Assembly: GCA_964344085.1 (NCBI GenBank)
Contig: CAYFMA010000024.1
Coordinates: forward strand, 16,896-40,895
Reading direction: 5' to 3'
Length of the DNA: 24,000 bases
Origin: an uncultured Mycobacterium sp.
GTDB taxonomy: Bacteria; Actinomycetota; Actinomycetes; Mycobacteriales; Mycobacteriaceae
The position numbers were made by a program, and so were the translations under genes. The notes under the pieces were generated by a model. That model was not told the origin of the DNA. It did no database searches and saw only the letters and a program-made list of their open reading frames with translations. How positions within the stretch are numbered: position 1 is the stretch's first letter; each line of letters begins with the position of its first letter. Below are positions 22,997 to 24,000 of the stretch, piece after piece.

Positions 22997-24000
22997 GCCC
23001 GGGTCTTGTGGGTGCGTTCCCGTTTGAGTGTCTGCCCGCGGAAGAAGGCGGGTGCCTTGAGGTTCCACAGGATCATCAGCAGAACGCCGAACATCAGGCT
23101 CGCCACACCGATGATGAAGACGACGCCGACGCCGGCCAGCGATGCGCCGGCACTGTTCTCCGGCTGGGCCATCCGGTAGGCCGCGATGACGCCCGCCGGG
23201 ATGAGGATCAGTGCGGCCAGGCCCGGCAGGATCACCTGTCCGATCGCGGTGCGCCAGGACTCGAATGCGGTGTCCCAGAAGTACATGACACAGGAGATCG
23301 CCACCACCGAGTAGTAGGTGATGATCGCGATGCCCACGCTGTAGACGCAGTCCTCGATGATGCTGTCGGAGAACCAGGTCAGGCTGGAGTAGATGGCCAG
23401 GGTGGTCAACCCGATGAACCAGGTGGCGAATTTCGGAGTCTGAACCACGTCGTCGACCGAGGCGAACCGTTCCGGCAGCGCCTTGTAGGTGGCCATCGAC
23501 AGCGTCGAGCGGACGTTGGACATCAAGGTGGACATGGTGGAGGAGAACGCCGACAGGCCGATGACCACGGAAGCCGCCACCGCGCCGACCGGCCCCACCG
23601 CATGGCGGGCCAACCCGGCGAAGACGTCGTTGATATTGGCCTCGTTGGTCAGGCTCAGTGAACTGGTGGGGTCGATGCCGGCGAAGGCCAGTGCGGCCAC
23701 TCCGATCATCACGTAGATCGTCACCGTGATGAGGATGGCGACCACTCCGCTGCGCCCGGACTGACCGGGGGTGCCGGAGGTCTCCTCGGACATCGACAGT
23801 GCGGCGTCAAAACCCCAGAAGATGAACACCGCCACCAGGAATCCGCCGAGCAGGGCGGCGAAACTGTCGATGGCGAACGGATTGAACCAGTCCCAGGAGA
23901 CCGGCTCGGCGGTCGGGTTGCGGTGATTGCGGATCACGTTGATCGCCAGAATCGCGGCGAACAGGATCAGCCCGCCGTACTGAATGACGGTCAGCAGCAG
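22993..24000 (-). CDS. APC-superfamily amino acid permease, C-terminal part (5' end lies outside the window)
   Basis: The reading frame stays open to nt 24000. Multiple TM helices and FWGFDAALSMSEET, the consensus region typical of APC permeases. Confidence 0.8.
   Translation of the reverse strand: MLLTVIQYGGLILFAAILAINVIRNHRNPTAEPVSWDWFNPFAIDSFAALLGGFLVAVFIFWGFDAALSMSEETSGTPGQSGRSGVVAILITVTIYVMIGVAALAFAGIDPTSSLSLTNEANINDVFAGLARHAVGPVGAVAASVVIGLSAFSSTMSTLMSNVRSTLSMATYKALPERFASVDDVVQTPKFATWFIGLTTLAIYSSLTWFSDSIIEDCVYSVGIAIITYYSVVAISCVMYFWDTAFESWRTAIGQVILPGLAALILIPAGVIAAYRMAQPENSAGASLAGVGVVFIIGVASLMFGVLLMILWNLKAPAFFRGQTLKRERTHKTRA

Noticed and set aside
1-24000. CRISPR arrays, tRNA/rRNA genes, insertion sequences, toxin-antitoxin or known defence-system genes
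   Set aside because: I saw no regularly spaced repeats, no cloverleaf-compatible segments in the short intergenic regions, and no ORFs with transposase, integrase, nuclease-helicase or TA-like features.

Overview
High-GC actinobacterial chromosomal DNA with Mycobacterium/Mycolicibacterium-like codon usage, lipoboxes, Tat signal and many apparently leaderless starts. It is densely coding, with about 30 genes. I found no rRNA, tRNA, CRISPR array, transposase or integrase. Most genes are housekeeping or accessory metabolism: the formate dehydrogenase alpha tail plus FdsD, a rhodanese lipoprotein, a WS/DGAT acyltransferase, a ThrE-family exporter, an amidohydrolase, a Tat-exported polysaccharide deacetylase, a PPP-family phosphatase, an LCM-type methyltransferase, a 6-TM K+ channel, a vWA protein, an MbfA-like ferritin-VIT1 fusion, NDH-2, a ParB-like nuclease-domain protein and an APC permease. 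The standout is 13.9-19.3 kb. It holds a copper membrane monooxygenase (CuMMO; pMMO/AMO superfamily, actinobacterial hydrocarbon monooxygenase type) operon in C-A-B order, and all known copper-ligand residues are present. Five further tightly packed or overlapping same-strand ORFs follow directly: two single-pass micro-proteins absent from the ORF track or mis-started in it, a His-bearing cupredoxin-like lipoprotein, a roughly 10-TM membrane protein and a second lipoprotein. None has a function I can assign. I consider this downstream module the best candidate for an undescribed CuMMO accessory, maturation or copper-supply system. Other observations are a perfect 25-bp inverted repeat with a third exact arm copy 4.6 kb away, Lys/Ala-rich histone-like tails on two proteins, C4-N4-G4 palindromes in two promoter regions, and a recurrent TANNNT box 6-7 nt upstream of eight start codons. 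All homology statements come from motif recognition by eye. No database search was run.
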